64,000 nt of DNA from Thermoplasmata archaeon (GTDB taxonomy: Archaea > Thermoplasmatota > Thermoplasmata > Lutacidiplasmatales > UBA184), in the NCBI GenBank assembly GCA_022749935.1, contig JAKIWQ010000005.1, positions 1,422 through 65,421 on the forward strand, read 5' to 3'. Of the stretch, positions 27,662 through 37,300 are shown piece after piece (positions within the stretch are counted from its first letter, which is position 1; each line of letters begins with the position of its first letter). A program made the position numbers and the translations under genes. Under the pieces are notes generated by a model. The model made no database searches, had not been told where the DNA came from, and worked only from the letters and a program-made list of their open reading frames with translations.

Positions 27662-28917
27662 GCGCTCACCGGCCGGATCCCTACCGCTTCCACCATCGTC
27701 CAAAATTCCTCATCCGACAGTCCCGGCCGTACGAACAAGCGGCGGTACTCCATGAGGAACCGGCGGAGGTCCGTTTTGGAGCGGGCCTCGGTCTCGGCCT
27801 TCACGTGCTGCAGGAGCTCGACCAGGAGGGGGTCGCTCGCCGTCAAGCCCCGCTCTTTGAGCTTTTCGACGACCGCGGTCTTTCCGGTATGCTTACCGAG
27901 GATCATGTGCCGCTCGCGCCCGACCACCTCGGGTTGGAGCGGCTCGTAGGTGAGCGTGTGGGCGAGGATCCCGTGCGTGTGGATCCCGGCCTCATGGGAG
28001 AAGGCGTTGTAGCCGACGAGCGCCTTGTTGGCCGCGACCGGGACTCCCGAGAGCTCCTCCACCAGTTGGGAGAGCTCGAAGAGTTTCTCTGTCTTGATCC
28101 CCGTGTGGACCCCGTAGAGGGCCTCGAGACAGAGGACGACCTCCTCCAAGGAAGCGTTTCCCGCGCGCTCTCCGAGTCCGTTGACGCAGACATGAGGGGC
28201 CGTCGCACCGCACTCCATCGCGGTCAGGGTGTTGGCGGTGGCGAGGCCAAAGTCATTGTGACAGTGCACCGAAAGGTCGCGGGGTTCGACCCTCCGACAG
28301 AACTCCTCCAGGTACCAACGAAACGTCAAAGGGGTCATGATCCCGACGGTGTCCGAAACGACCAGTCGGTCGGCCCCGGCGGCCTGAACCTCCCGATAGA
28401 GTCGTTCCACGAAATCGAATGGGGCTCGGACCGTGTCCTCCGTGACGAACGCCACGTGGAGTCCGGCGTCCTTGGCTTGCCGAACGGTCTTCAGACTCGC
28501 GGCGAGCACCTCCTCCTGGGTCATTTTCAGCTTGTACTGGAGATGGACATTGCTGGCCGCGACGAAGATCGCGATATGCGATGCGCCACTCTTGATCACC
28601 GCGTCGACATCGTCCGGCACGGTCCGCGCCGCGGCCAGGACCTTTGCCTTCAGACCCGCGTGGGCAAGGAGGTCGACGGCTCGGGCCTCCTTTTCGGAGA
28701 CCACCGGGATTCCCGCGTTGAGTACCGATACCCCGATGTCCGACAGGAGCTCGGCGATCTGGAGCTTTTCCTCTGGGGAAAAATGGACTCCCGGGGTCTG
28801 TTCGCCGTCTCGAAGCGTTTCGTCCCACAGGACGGGGGACTCGACGAGGTGGCGAGTGCCCGAGGTACGGGAATGGTAGTCCTCGACGAGGGTGGCGTCC
28901 ACCATCGACGCTTCCAC
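27658..28917 (-). CDS. 2-isopropylmalate/citramalate/homocitrate synthase family enzyme, short form without C-terminal regulatory domain
   Basis: HMGL-like TIM barrel with LRDGEQTPG and HCHNDFGLATAN. At about 415 aa it is too short to contain the LeuA allosteric domain. The alternative ATG at 28905 sits about 27 nt from a TTAATTC box. Confidence 0.8.
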   Translation of the reverse strand: MEASMVDATLVEDYHSRTSGTRHLVESPVLWDETLRDGEQTPGVHFSPEEKLQIAELLSDIGVSVLNAGIPVVSEKEARAVDLLAHAGLKAKVLAAARTVPDDVDAVIKSGASHIAIFVAASNVHLQYKLKMTQEEVLAASLKTVRQAKDAGLHVAFVTEDTVRAPFDFVERLYREVQAAGADRLVVSDTVGIMTPLTFRWYLEEFCRRVEPRDLSVHCHNDFGLATANTLTAMECGATAPHVCVNGLGERAGNASLEEVVLCLEALYGVHTGIKTEKLFELSQLVEELSGVPVAANKALVGYNAFSHEAGIHTHGILAHTLTYEPLQPEVVGRERHMILGKHTGKTAVVEKLKERGLTASDPLLVELLQHVKAETEARSKTDLRRFLMEYRRLFVRPGLSDEEFWTMVEAVGIRPVSA

Positions 28918-29001
28918 CCGTCGAGCCGAATTAACCTTTGGCGCGCGCCGGGTCCGGTCCTTCGAAGGTCGGGTGCGGTTTCGGCAACCTTGTCGTCAGT
29001 A

Positions 29002-29009
29002 CTTAAATA
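29002..29009 (+). promoter_or_regulatory. TATA-like box CTTAAATA upstream of OFOR alpha
   Basis: AT-rich element in the divergent 148-nt spacer between the leuA-like gene and the OFOR genes. Confidence 0.35.
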
Positions 29010-29065
29010 CCGTCCGGTGCTGAAACGCATTGTAGGTCGATTTCGACGGCCGTTCGAGGAACTAG

Positions 29066-30859
29066 ATGACCACGCCCGCCGCCAGAACCACTCCGCTCGT
29101 CGAGACTTCGTCGCCCGGCGCCGGACCCGTCGCACCTCAACTGACCGACGTGAGCGTGATGATCGGCGGTCAGGGCGGGGACGGGACGTTGACGGTCTCG
29201 GACCTGCTGGGCCGGTACTTCCGGAAGCGGGGGCTTTACGTCTACCTTTCCCGGAACGTCCTCTCCCGGATCCGGGGCGGACACGCGGACGCGTCCGTGC
29301 GGGGGAGCCAGGCCGCGGTGGCGGCCGTCAAGACCGAGGTCGACGTTCTCGTGGCGTTCGACAAGGAAGCGGTCGACATCGGCAAGGCGGAACTCGCGCC
29401 CCACGGGTACATACTCTACGACTCCACGACGTTCCAGGTCGACCTTCCGAACGCGACCGGTTTCCCGTTCGCTACCCTGGTCGGTGGGCCGCTCGGCCAA
29501 CCGATCTTCAAGAACACCGCCGCGTATGGCGCGCTCAGCGTCATCTTCGGCTTCGACGCGGTCGAAACACGGGCGGTCATCGAGGACCGGTTCAAACGCC
29601 GGGGCGGGGAGGCCCTCGAGAAGAACCTGAAGGCGCTCGAGATCGGGCGGAAGGCCGCTCTCGAGACGCCCGGCCTCGCCGACCGGTTCTCCATCGCCGA
29701 CGGAGACGCGCATGACTTCATCATGACCACGGGAAACCTGGCCGCCGCGATGGGGTTCGTGGTCGGCGGGGGCCGGTTCTTCGCGGGATACCCCATCACG
29801 CCGGCGACCGAGATCATGGAGCACCTGCAGAAGTATCTCCCGGCGTTCGGCGGCGTCGTCCGTCAGGCCGAGGACGAGCTCGCCGCGGTGAACATGATCA
29901 TCGGTGCGGCGTACGCGGGGGCCCGCGTCATGACGTCGACGAGCGGGCCGGGCCTCTCCCTCATGACCGAAGGGATCGGACACGCGGGGGCCGCCGAGAT
30001 CCCCATCGTCGTCGCGGATTGTCAGCGGGTCGGCCCGTCGACCGGACAACCGACCCGTCACGAGCAGTCGGACCTCTCCCATCTCGCCAACCTGGGCCAC
30101 GGTGAGTTCCCCCGATTCATCATCGCCCCCGGGACCCCCGAGGAGTGTTTCCTCCTCACCGCGGAGGCGCTCAACCTCGCCGAACGGTGGCGCCTCCCCG
30201 TGATCCTTCTCTTGGACGAGGCGCTCTGCCAGAACGCGACCACCAGTCGGCGCTTCGAGTTGGAGAAGGTGCGCGTCGACCGGGGCGAACGACTTTCGGG
30301 GGAGGCCGTGGCCGCGCTCACCCAGTACAAGGCGTACGCCTTCACCGATTCCGGTCGGTCCCCCTACGCGCCACCGGGCACTCCCGGTGTCTGGGCCGAG
30401 ATCACCGGTAACGAGCACGACGAGTGGGGCCACGTTACCGTGAACCCGGCGAACCGGGTCCGCATGATGAAGAAGCGGATGGAAAAGATGGTCAAGGCAC
30501 GCGATGAGCTGCCGACGGCCAACCTCTTTGGTCCCCCCGATGCCAAGGTCGGGATCATCGCCTACGGGAGCACGACCGGGCCCGTGCGCGAGGCCCAGGG
30601 GCTGCTCTCCGCGCGGGGGCAGTCCACGAAGTTCCTGCAACCCCGGACCCTGTATCCGGTCCCGGTCCACGAGATCGACCCCTTCCTCCAGTCCGTGGAC
30701 GTGTGCTACGTGGTCGAGCACAACTACACCGGCCAGTTCGCCCGGCTCCTTCGAGAGACGATGCCCTGGCACTTCCAGAAGCTGCGGTCGATCACCAAGT
30801 ACGATGGGGCGAACTTCCGCGCCCCGCAGATCATCGCCCAGATCAAGGAGGTCGCCTAG
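29066..30859 (+). CDS. 2-oxoacid:ferredoxin oxidoreductase alpha subunit (fused gamma-alpha, two-subunit type)
   Basis: A 597-aa protein. The N-terminal gamma-like region reads IGGQGGDGTLT, followed by alpha-domain motifs (AGYPITPATEI). Confidence 0.85.
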   Translation: MTTPAARTTPLVETSSPGAGPVAPQLTDVSVMIGGQGGDGTLTVSDLLGRYFRKRGLYVYLSRNVLSRIRGGHADASVRGSQAAVAAVKTEVDVLVAFDKEAVDIGKAELAPHGYILYDSTTFQVDLPNATGFPFATLVGGPLGQPIFKNTAAYGALSVIFGFDAVETRAVIEDRFKRRGGEALEKNLKALEIGRKAALETPGLADRFSIADGDAHDFIMTTGNLAAAMGFVVGGGRFFAGYPITPATEIMEHLQKYLPAFGGVVRQAEDELAAVNMIIGAAYAGARVMTSTSGPGLSLMTEGIGHAGAAEIPIVVADCQRVGPSTGQPTRHEQSDLSHLANLGHGEFPRFIIAPGTPEECFLLTAEALNLAERWRLPVILLLDEALCQNATTSRRFELEKVRVDRGERLSGEAVAALTQYKAYAFTDSGRSPYAPPGTPGVWAEITGNEHDEWGHVTVNPANRVRMMKKRMEKMVKARDELPTANLFGPPDAKVGIIAYGSTTGPVREAQGLLSARGQSTKFLQPRTLYPVPVHEIDPFLQSVDVCYVVEHNYTGQFARLLRETMPWHFQKLRSITKYDGANFRAPQIIAQIKEVA

Positions 30860-30860
30860 G

Positions 30861-31727
30861 ATGGTGGAGTCGGCGAAACCCGTCCCGCCCATCTGGTGCC
30901 CGGGGTGCGGGGACTTCGGGGTTCTCGCGGCGCTCAAGAAGGCCGCCGCCGAGATGAAAGTACCGACCCACGACCTCGTCCTGGTCGGAGGGATCGGTTG
31001 CTCCGGATCGATCCACAACTTCCTCGAGATCAACGGGATCCACGCCCTCCACGGCCGACTGCTCGCTCAGGCGGTCGGGGTGAAGCTCTCCAACCCCCAC
31101 CTCACGGTGGTCGCGGCCGGAGGCGACGGCGACGGGTACGCGATCGGGATGGGACATTTCATGCACGCGTTCAAGAAGAACGCGTCCATCATCTACATCG
31201 CCATGAACAACGAGACCTACGGGCTCACGAAGGGCCAGGCCTCGCCGACGAGCCAGATCGGGTTCGAGGGGAACATCGAGCGCCCGTTCGACGCCATCCT
31301 GACCGCCCTCTCCATCCCGGCCCCGAACCTCATCGCCCGCACGTTCTCGGGGGACCCCAAGACGATGATCCAGGTGCTGGTCGAAGCGCTGAAGTTCACC
31401 ACCGAGGGCCGGGGGTTCGCCTTCATCGAGGACCTCTCGCCGTGCGTCACCTACAACGACACGTACAAGCTCTGGCGCGAGAAGGTGCTCGACGTCTCGA
31501 AGTCGCCGGGGTATGACCCGACCGACCGCAAGGCGATGTTCCGGATCTGCCTCGAGACCATGGAGGCCGGCCGGATCCCGATCGGGGTCATGCACCGACC
31601 CAAGGAGCCTGCCCAGGAGGGCCTCGAGATGAAGCTCCTGGGAGACGCCGCCGGTCCGGCGCGCTCGGAGATTGCGATCGCGCCCAACCTCGGCGCCTAC
31701 CAGAAGCTGCTCGCCGGGCTCGCCTGA
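30861..31727 (+). CDS. 2-oxoacid:ferredoxin oxidoreductase beta subunit (TPP-binding)
   Basis: WCPGCGDFG Fe-S/TPP motif and GGDGDGYAIG. The ATG lies 1 nt after the alpha stop. The start is set at M120 of the 30504 ORF. Confidence 0.85.
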   Translation: MVESAKPVPPIWCPGCGDFGVLAALKKAAAEMKVPTHDLVLVGGIGCSGSIHNFLEINGIHALHGRLLAQAVGVKLSNPHLTVVAAGGDGDGYAIGMGHFMHAFKKNASIIYIAMNNETYGLTKGQASPTSQIGFEGNIERPFDAILTALSIPAPNLIARTFSGDPKTMIQVLVEALKFTTEGRGFAFIEDLSPCVTYNDTYKLWREKVLDVSKSPGYDPTDRKAMFRICLETMEAGRIPIGVMHRPKEPAQEGLEMKLLGDAAGPARSEIAIAPNLGAYQKLLAGLA

Positions 31728-31772
31728 CCGGCGCGAAGGGGCGGGTTCACCGTCCGCGCGGAGGGCGGGACG

Positions 31773-33083
31773 ATGTGGGTCGGGGTGGACGACACCGACA
31801 GTCCCGTCGGGGGCTGTACGACCTATGTGCTCACGGAGATCGTGGCCCTCGCCCGGGACCAGGGAATCGACCTCCTCGGTGACCCCCGACTCGTCCGCCT
31901 GAACCCGAACATCCCGTGGAAGACGCGCGGCAACGCGGCCTTGTCCGCTCGGTTCGGACACGGCCACGGGGCCCGGACCCGCGTGGGGGAGATCGACGGG
32001 AGACCGGTATGGTCGTTCCGCCGCGGGCGACCTCTCTCCGTTCCCGAGAAGGCGGCGTTCCTCGAGGACGCCTGGGGAGTCGTCCGACGCGCGGCCGAAG
32101 GGGGGGATCCCGCCAGTGACCCGGCGCTGGTCGCGCTCGAGCGGCGACCCGGGGCCGCGGCCTACTGGCAGGCCGTTCGCGAGGAGGTGGACCCGGAGGA
32201 GGTCCGCCGCGCTTTGGAACTGGGGGCGGCCTGGGTTCGCTGGCAAGGAACCCCCCGGGGTTTGGTTGGAGCCCGAGCGTCGATCGCTTGGGCCGGCGGC
32301 CACCCGACCTGGGAGGTCATCGCCTACCGGCAGCGACCCCGTTGGGGAACGCCCCGGGAAGTGAATGGCCGTTCCGTCCGGTCGGCCCAGCGCGACTACC
32401 CGAATCTGTTCCTCTGCTTTGACCCCCGAACCCGACGTATCCTAGTGGCACCCCACACCGCCTGTCCCATCCTCTTCGGACTCCGTGCCACGGATCCAGA
32501 ATCCCCCCTCCGGGCCCTGCGCAGGATCCGCTCGGAACCGGTCGATCGCTGGATCCGATTCCGGACGAATCAGGGGAGCGGTGACCACTTGGTCGGTCGC
32601 CCCACGACCCCCTGGCCCGCCTGGACCTCGGGGACCGTCCGGGGCCAGGTGGTGGGTCCTCCCGTGGTACAACCGGGCGGGCACGTGCGATTCGAAGTCG
32701 CGGATCGGGCCGGAGCGCCACTCTCGTGCGTCGCGTTCGAGCCGACCAAGACGCTGCCCCGGATCGCACGAGCGCTCACCGGCGGCGATCAGGTTCGGGT
32801 GTGGGGGAGCCGCGGCACGGAAGGAACCCTTCGGCTCGAGGGGATCGAGGTCGTCCGATGGGCGGCCTCCTTCGCGCGCCGAACCCCGCCCCGATGTCCG
32901 AGATGTCATCGACGAGCCGTGTCGGCGGGAAGGGTCCGCGGCTTCCGGTGCCGATCCTGTCGGACCCGGCTCCCCCCCGAGGCCGCCCAGCCGGTGCTTC
33001 GCCCCCCGCCCTTTCCGGTGGGGACGTACCACCCGACGCCCTCCGCCCGGCGACATCTGGCGCCCCGGGCCCCCGAATCCTAG
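31773..33083 (+). CDS. tiaS: tRNA(Ile2) 2-agmatinylcytidine synthetase TiaS
   Basis: N-terminal MWVGVDDTDSPVGGCTTY with NPNIPWKTRGN, and a C-terminal zinc ribbon (CPRCHRR...CRSC). Confidence 0.8.
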   Translation: MWVGVDDTDSPVGGCTTYVLTEIVALARDQGIDLLGDPRLVRLNPNIPWKTRGNAALSARFGHGHGARTRVGEIDGRPVWSFRRGRPLSVPEKAAFLEDAWGVVRRAAEGGDPASDPALVALERRPGAAAYWQAVREEVDPEEVRRALELGAAWVRWQGTPRGLVGARASIAWAGGHPTWEVIAYRQRPRWGTPREVNGRSVRSAQRDYPNLFLCFDPRTRRILVAPHTACPILFGLRATDPESPLRALRRIRSEPVDRWIRFRTNQGSGDHLVGRPTTPWPAWTSGTVRGQVVGPPVVQPGGHVRFEVADRAGAPLSCVAFEPTKTLPRIARALTGGDQVRVWGSRGTEGTLRLEGIEVVRWAASFARRTPPRCPRCHRRAVSAGRVRGFRCRSCRTRLPPEAAQPVLRPPPFPVGTYHPTPSARRHLAPRAPES

Positions 33084-33104
33084 CGCCGTTTCGGGGTCCG
33101 AGGC

Positions 33105-33109
33105 TTTTT
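33105..33109 (+). terminator. oligo-T tract after tiaS
   Basis: A T5 run about 22 nt after the TAG stop. Confidence 0.3.
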
Positions 33110-33227
33110 GAGGGGCTACCCGCCTCTATACTCGGCGGGAGGCGGTCATGAGCGGTTTGGCCCGTCCACCCCTTCCATTGGGAGCCGCCGGTCTCCGGCC
33201 CGGTCGGACCCGAATGCGGGACCTCGT

Positions 33228-34370
33228 ATGACCCCTCTCCAATTGCTCCTCTGCCCGGCCTGCGGTACGGCCGTCCCGGGAGAGGTCGACTCGTGCCCGA
33301 AGTGCCATCTTTCCGGTCAACTCTTTGACGCGGTACGGGAGGCGGCCGGCCCCCTGTCCGCTTCGGACCCCGCGTCCCTGAAGACGATCGGGGAGATCCT
33401 GGCGGCCGTGGACCTCGCCGGACCGGCCCCGCCGACGACCACCACCCCCACCGGCCTCCTCGGAAGGTCCGGCCGATTCCCACCGCTCCCGCGCGCCCCT
33501 CCCGTTTCGGACGACGACGAGATGATCGCCCCGGTGGCCCTCGACGAGCTCCGGGAGTTACCGAGTCTGCCCGCCGGGCCGAGCGAAGTGGAACTCGAGC
33601 GTCGGATCCAGGAGTACTTCCATCTCGGCCGGCGGCTCGGACTCGATTTCTCGGATTTCGAGAGTCGGCAGCACGCGGCGGACCTCGTGGCCGACCTCCC
33701 GTCGCTCGAGACGCTCGCCCGGGAGATGTTCGTGCATATCGTGAGCTCGCTCGCCGAGGAGTTCGAGGTCATCATCGGACGGCGGAACGAGCTCTCGGCC
33801 TTCGTTCCGACCCCGAGCGCCGACGTCGAGCTCGACGCGATCCGACGATCGATGGCGCAGGGCGACCTCTCCGGGGCTCAGCGCCGGATGTCGCACGTCC
33901 GCGACGAGCTCCAGCGGGCCGAGGAGGAATGGGAGGTCGGGAAGATCCTCGTGACCGAGGCCGAGATGCTCGCGACCACCGTCCGCGAGCTCGGAGGCGA
34001 CCCGAGCCCGGCGCTCGGACCCCTCGAGGAGGGCCGGAAGATGATCCGCTCCGGGCGGCGCAGCGAGGGCGAGCGCCTGCTCGCCCGGGGAGCGGTCGCG
34101 CTCTGGGCGGTCCTCGAACCCCGCCTGGTGGAAGACCTCCGCCGGTTGAAGGACCGGCTGGCCGAGCTCCGCTCCGCCGGGATCGACATCGGGCCGGCGG
34201 TCGAGGAGCTCCGGGCGGTGATGACCGAATTGCGCCAGCGGAATTTTGTCGGGACGATCGTCGCCTACCGGCGGGCGCGAGAGTTCGTCGAACAACACCG
34301 GGCTCCCGGCGAGGAGACCGGCCCGCTCCTCGAGGTCCCCGTGTCGGCCCGCCCGTTCAGTTCGACCTGA
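33228..34370 (+). CDS. zinc-ribbon protein with long helical C-terminal region, unknown function
   Basis: CPACG...CPKC at the N-terminus, a P/T-rich linker, then about 280 aa rich in E/R/L (helical). The start is set at M41 of the 33108 ORF. Confidence 0.5.
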   Translation: MTPLQLLLCPACGTAVPGEVDSCPKCHLSGQLFDAVREAAGPLSASDPASLKTIGEILAAVDLAGPAPPTTTTPTGLLGRSGRFPPLPRAPPVSDDDEMIAPVALDELRELPSLPAGPSEVELERRIQEYFHLGRRLGLDFSDFESRQHAADLVADLPSLETLAREMFVHIVSSLAEEFEVIIGRRNELSAFVPTPSADVELDAIRRSMAQGDLSGAQRRMSHVRDELQRAEEEWEVGKILVTEAEMLATTVRELGGDPSPALGPLEEGRKMIRSGRRSEGERLLARGAVALWAVLEPRLVEDLRRLKDRLAELRSAGIDIGPAVEELRAVMTELRQRNFVGTIVAYRRAREFVEQHRAPGEETGPLLEVPVSARPFSST

Positions 34371-34380
34371 CGAGGAACCG

Positions 34381-37300
34381 CTAGCGCTTCGGCGGCACGG
34401 CGTACTGCCAGGCCGGCCGGGCCGGAGGAGGGGGTCGCCGGGTCGCGAGGATCCCGATCACCAGCGCCAGGGTGAGCGCGAGGATCCCGAACCCCGCGGC
34501 GACTTCCCAGGCCAGGTTGGAGTTCGTCCCCGAACCGGGACCGGTGTTGTTCGCGAGCGGGACGAGGACCACCAGGACCGTGGTGGTCCCACCCCCCTGG
34601 ATCGTGACGTTGTTGAAGTACGGGTGGTAGCCGGAGGCGGTGGCCTCGACCGAGTGGAGTCCGGCGGGAAGGGACACGGAAAGGTTGCTCCCCGAGGAGT
34701 TGCTGACGAGCTGGCTGTCGATCCACACCTGGGCGCCGACCGGGTTGAATTGCAGGTAGAGCTGACCCGGGGCCCCGACTTCCGAGAACGCCAAGGTGAT
34801 GGTCGTGTTGCTGGTCAAGTTGAGCGAGCCCTCCATCGGGTCGGCGGTGTACCCCGCGGGGGGACTCACCGTGAAGTTGTAGGGCCCGGTCGCGAAGAGC
34901 TCGGCGGGGAATTGCGCCACGTTCCCGAGCTCGATGAACCCTCCCCACTGGGGGTTCGAGATGGTGATGGCCCAGAAGCTCCCGATCGGGAAGTTCACCG
35001 TGTGGAACGTGAGCGAGTAGATCCGGTAGAACGTGAGATTGTCGGTGACGTTGACGGACCCCACTTGGAGGTACTGGGTGTTGGGGATCCCGTAGGAGCC
35101 GTTCAGCGTGTTCGCGATGAGGAAGTACTGCCCGGAAGGCCACTTCTCGGTCAACACCGTACCGGTCGACGTGTTGTAGGCCACGCCCGTAGAGGTGTAC
35201 ACCCCGACGTGCCAGGACGTGCCCGCCGGAAGGCCCGACTCTTGGAACGTCACGGTGAACAGGGGGCCCGGTACGACCGGGTGCTCGTCCCCGCCGAGGG
35301 CGATGCGACCGCTCGAGTTGTACGGAAGGACCCAGTACGGGTCGTTCGACGTCCCGTAGTCCCACCAGTAGTTTCCGCCCAGCTCGTCGCCGCCCGCGAT
35401 ATTGAGTCCCGAGCGGGGGGTCACGTTCCAGAGCGAGTCGAACGGTAGTCGGGGAGCGAGGCCCGTGTACGGGTCGAGGGTCGGCGAGTAGGCGGTGTGG
35501 AAGTCGCCGATGAGGTTGTTGTAGAGGAGGTCGCCGCACCGGCACCCGGCTCCGGGGGCACGACCATCCCCGAAATCGGCGTCGAACACGCCGTTGGATC
35601 CGTGGACGGCGCCGGAGATGGAGCCGGCGTTCGCGGCGAGCGGGATGTACTGGAGGAAGGTGTTGTTCTCGACCGAATTGTTCTCCCCGCCGTACAGGTA
35701 CAGCGCCCCGCCTCCGGTGAGGAATGTGTTGCCGACCACCGAACTCGCGGACGTGTTCCAAAAGACGACGGAATACTGCGGCGCGCTCGGTCCGAAATAG
35801 GCCGAGTCGAACCACCAGCCGCCGATCGCGGCTCCTCCCGCGAGGGTGACGTTGGTGTCGTCGTAGAAGAACAGGCCGAGGTCGTTGGTGGCCGGGGTTC
35901 CGAAGCGGGCGGTCGCGTTCGCGAGCCACGGAGGGGTGGTCACCTCGAGCGATGGGGGTGAGGACACCACGACGTTCTGGACGTTCCAGAGGAAGATCCC
36001 CGGGAAGACCGGGAAAAGGAAGTCGTTGAACTCACCGAACCAGGGGAACGAAACCCCGGGGCCCCGCCCGGTTTCGCCCAGCGGACCGAACTCGTTGCCG
36101 TAGAGCGTGCACGCCCCGCCGCCACAACTGGAAGAAATGTTCGAGAGGTCGCTGGCCCCGAACGCCCACAGGGGAGTGTAGACCCCCAGGGCGGGGGCCC
36201 CCGTGAGCGTCACATTCAGGAACGCTCCCGCGAGGGTCAACACGGTGGTCGAGCGAATGGGAGCATATTCGGACGCGACCGACCAGATGGAATACGTTCC
36301 CGGCGGCAGGAGATACGTGGACCCACCCGGCGCCCATCCGAACTCGCTGAGGGGAGGAGCGGAGCCGACGCCGATGAAGGTGAACCCGTTCGAAGGCGCC
36401 ATTCGGTAGTGAAGGACCGCCTGACCGACCGAGCTCGGCGTCACATTCCATGCCCCGAACAGGAGAGAGGGCCCCTGGCCGAGGTGGATCGCGGGTCCGG
36501 AGGTACCTCCGAGTCCGAGGTCCCCGTGGGTCGTCCAACTGGTCGTGAGCCCCGCGGAGGTCTCGCCCGTCTCGGCGCCGGCGTTGTACGCCGAGGGAAC
36601 GACCTGGAAGCGGCTGCTAGTCGACGACCAATAGTAGAGGTCGAGGGCGGCGGAGGCGTTGAGCGCGTCAAAATTGCTCCCTCCCCCGGGGCCGACCACG
36701 TCCATTTCAAAATCATCCGGCAACCCCAACGCGTTGTAGATCGTGCCGTCCGCACGGTACACCGGGGAGGGAGGCACCCCGCCCCCGCCGCCTATCGGAG
36801 TTGAGTTGAACTGGACGTAGTCGTAGGAACCCGAGAGGGTTTTCGTCGCGTTCGCGAGGGTGTAGTTGAAGTAGACGAAGTCCGCCCCGGGCCCGGCCGC
36901 CGAGTTGAGGAACAGGGTGAGAGTGAACGGGTATCCCATCGTCAGGACCGGGCCGAGGGCGTAGTAGAACGTGGTACCGACCTGGGTCCCGTTCGGACCG
37001 TGCGCCGCGATCGCGTTCGTGGAGAGCGCGCCGGACGACCCGGAGAAGTTCCATACGTTGTCGACGAACGCGAGCTGATGGGAGAACGTGGAGTACTCCA
37101 TGACGTTCTGGGTCCAGAACTGGTAGGACGTGTTGCCCAGCAGCGTCACGTTCGTGAGCACGGCGTTGAGCTGGACGCCGTACGCGTCGGGCGCCCCGGA
37201 ATCCGGGGATACCCCGGAGAAGGCCGTGGGGGCGAAGGTTCCGGCCACCCGGGAGGTGTTGAGCACCGTGCCCACCAGCGTTCCCGACTCGTTCACGATC

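Noticed and set aside
29003-31033. A 676-aa minus-strand ORF antisense to the OFOR alpha subunit.
   Set aside because: The plus-strand frame has clear OFOR alpha/beta motifs. The antisense product is low-complexity.
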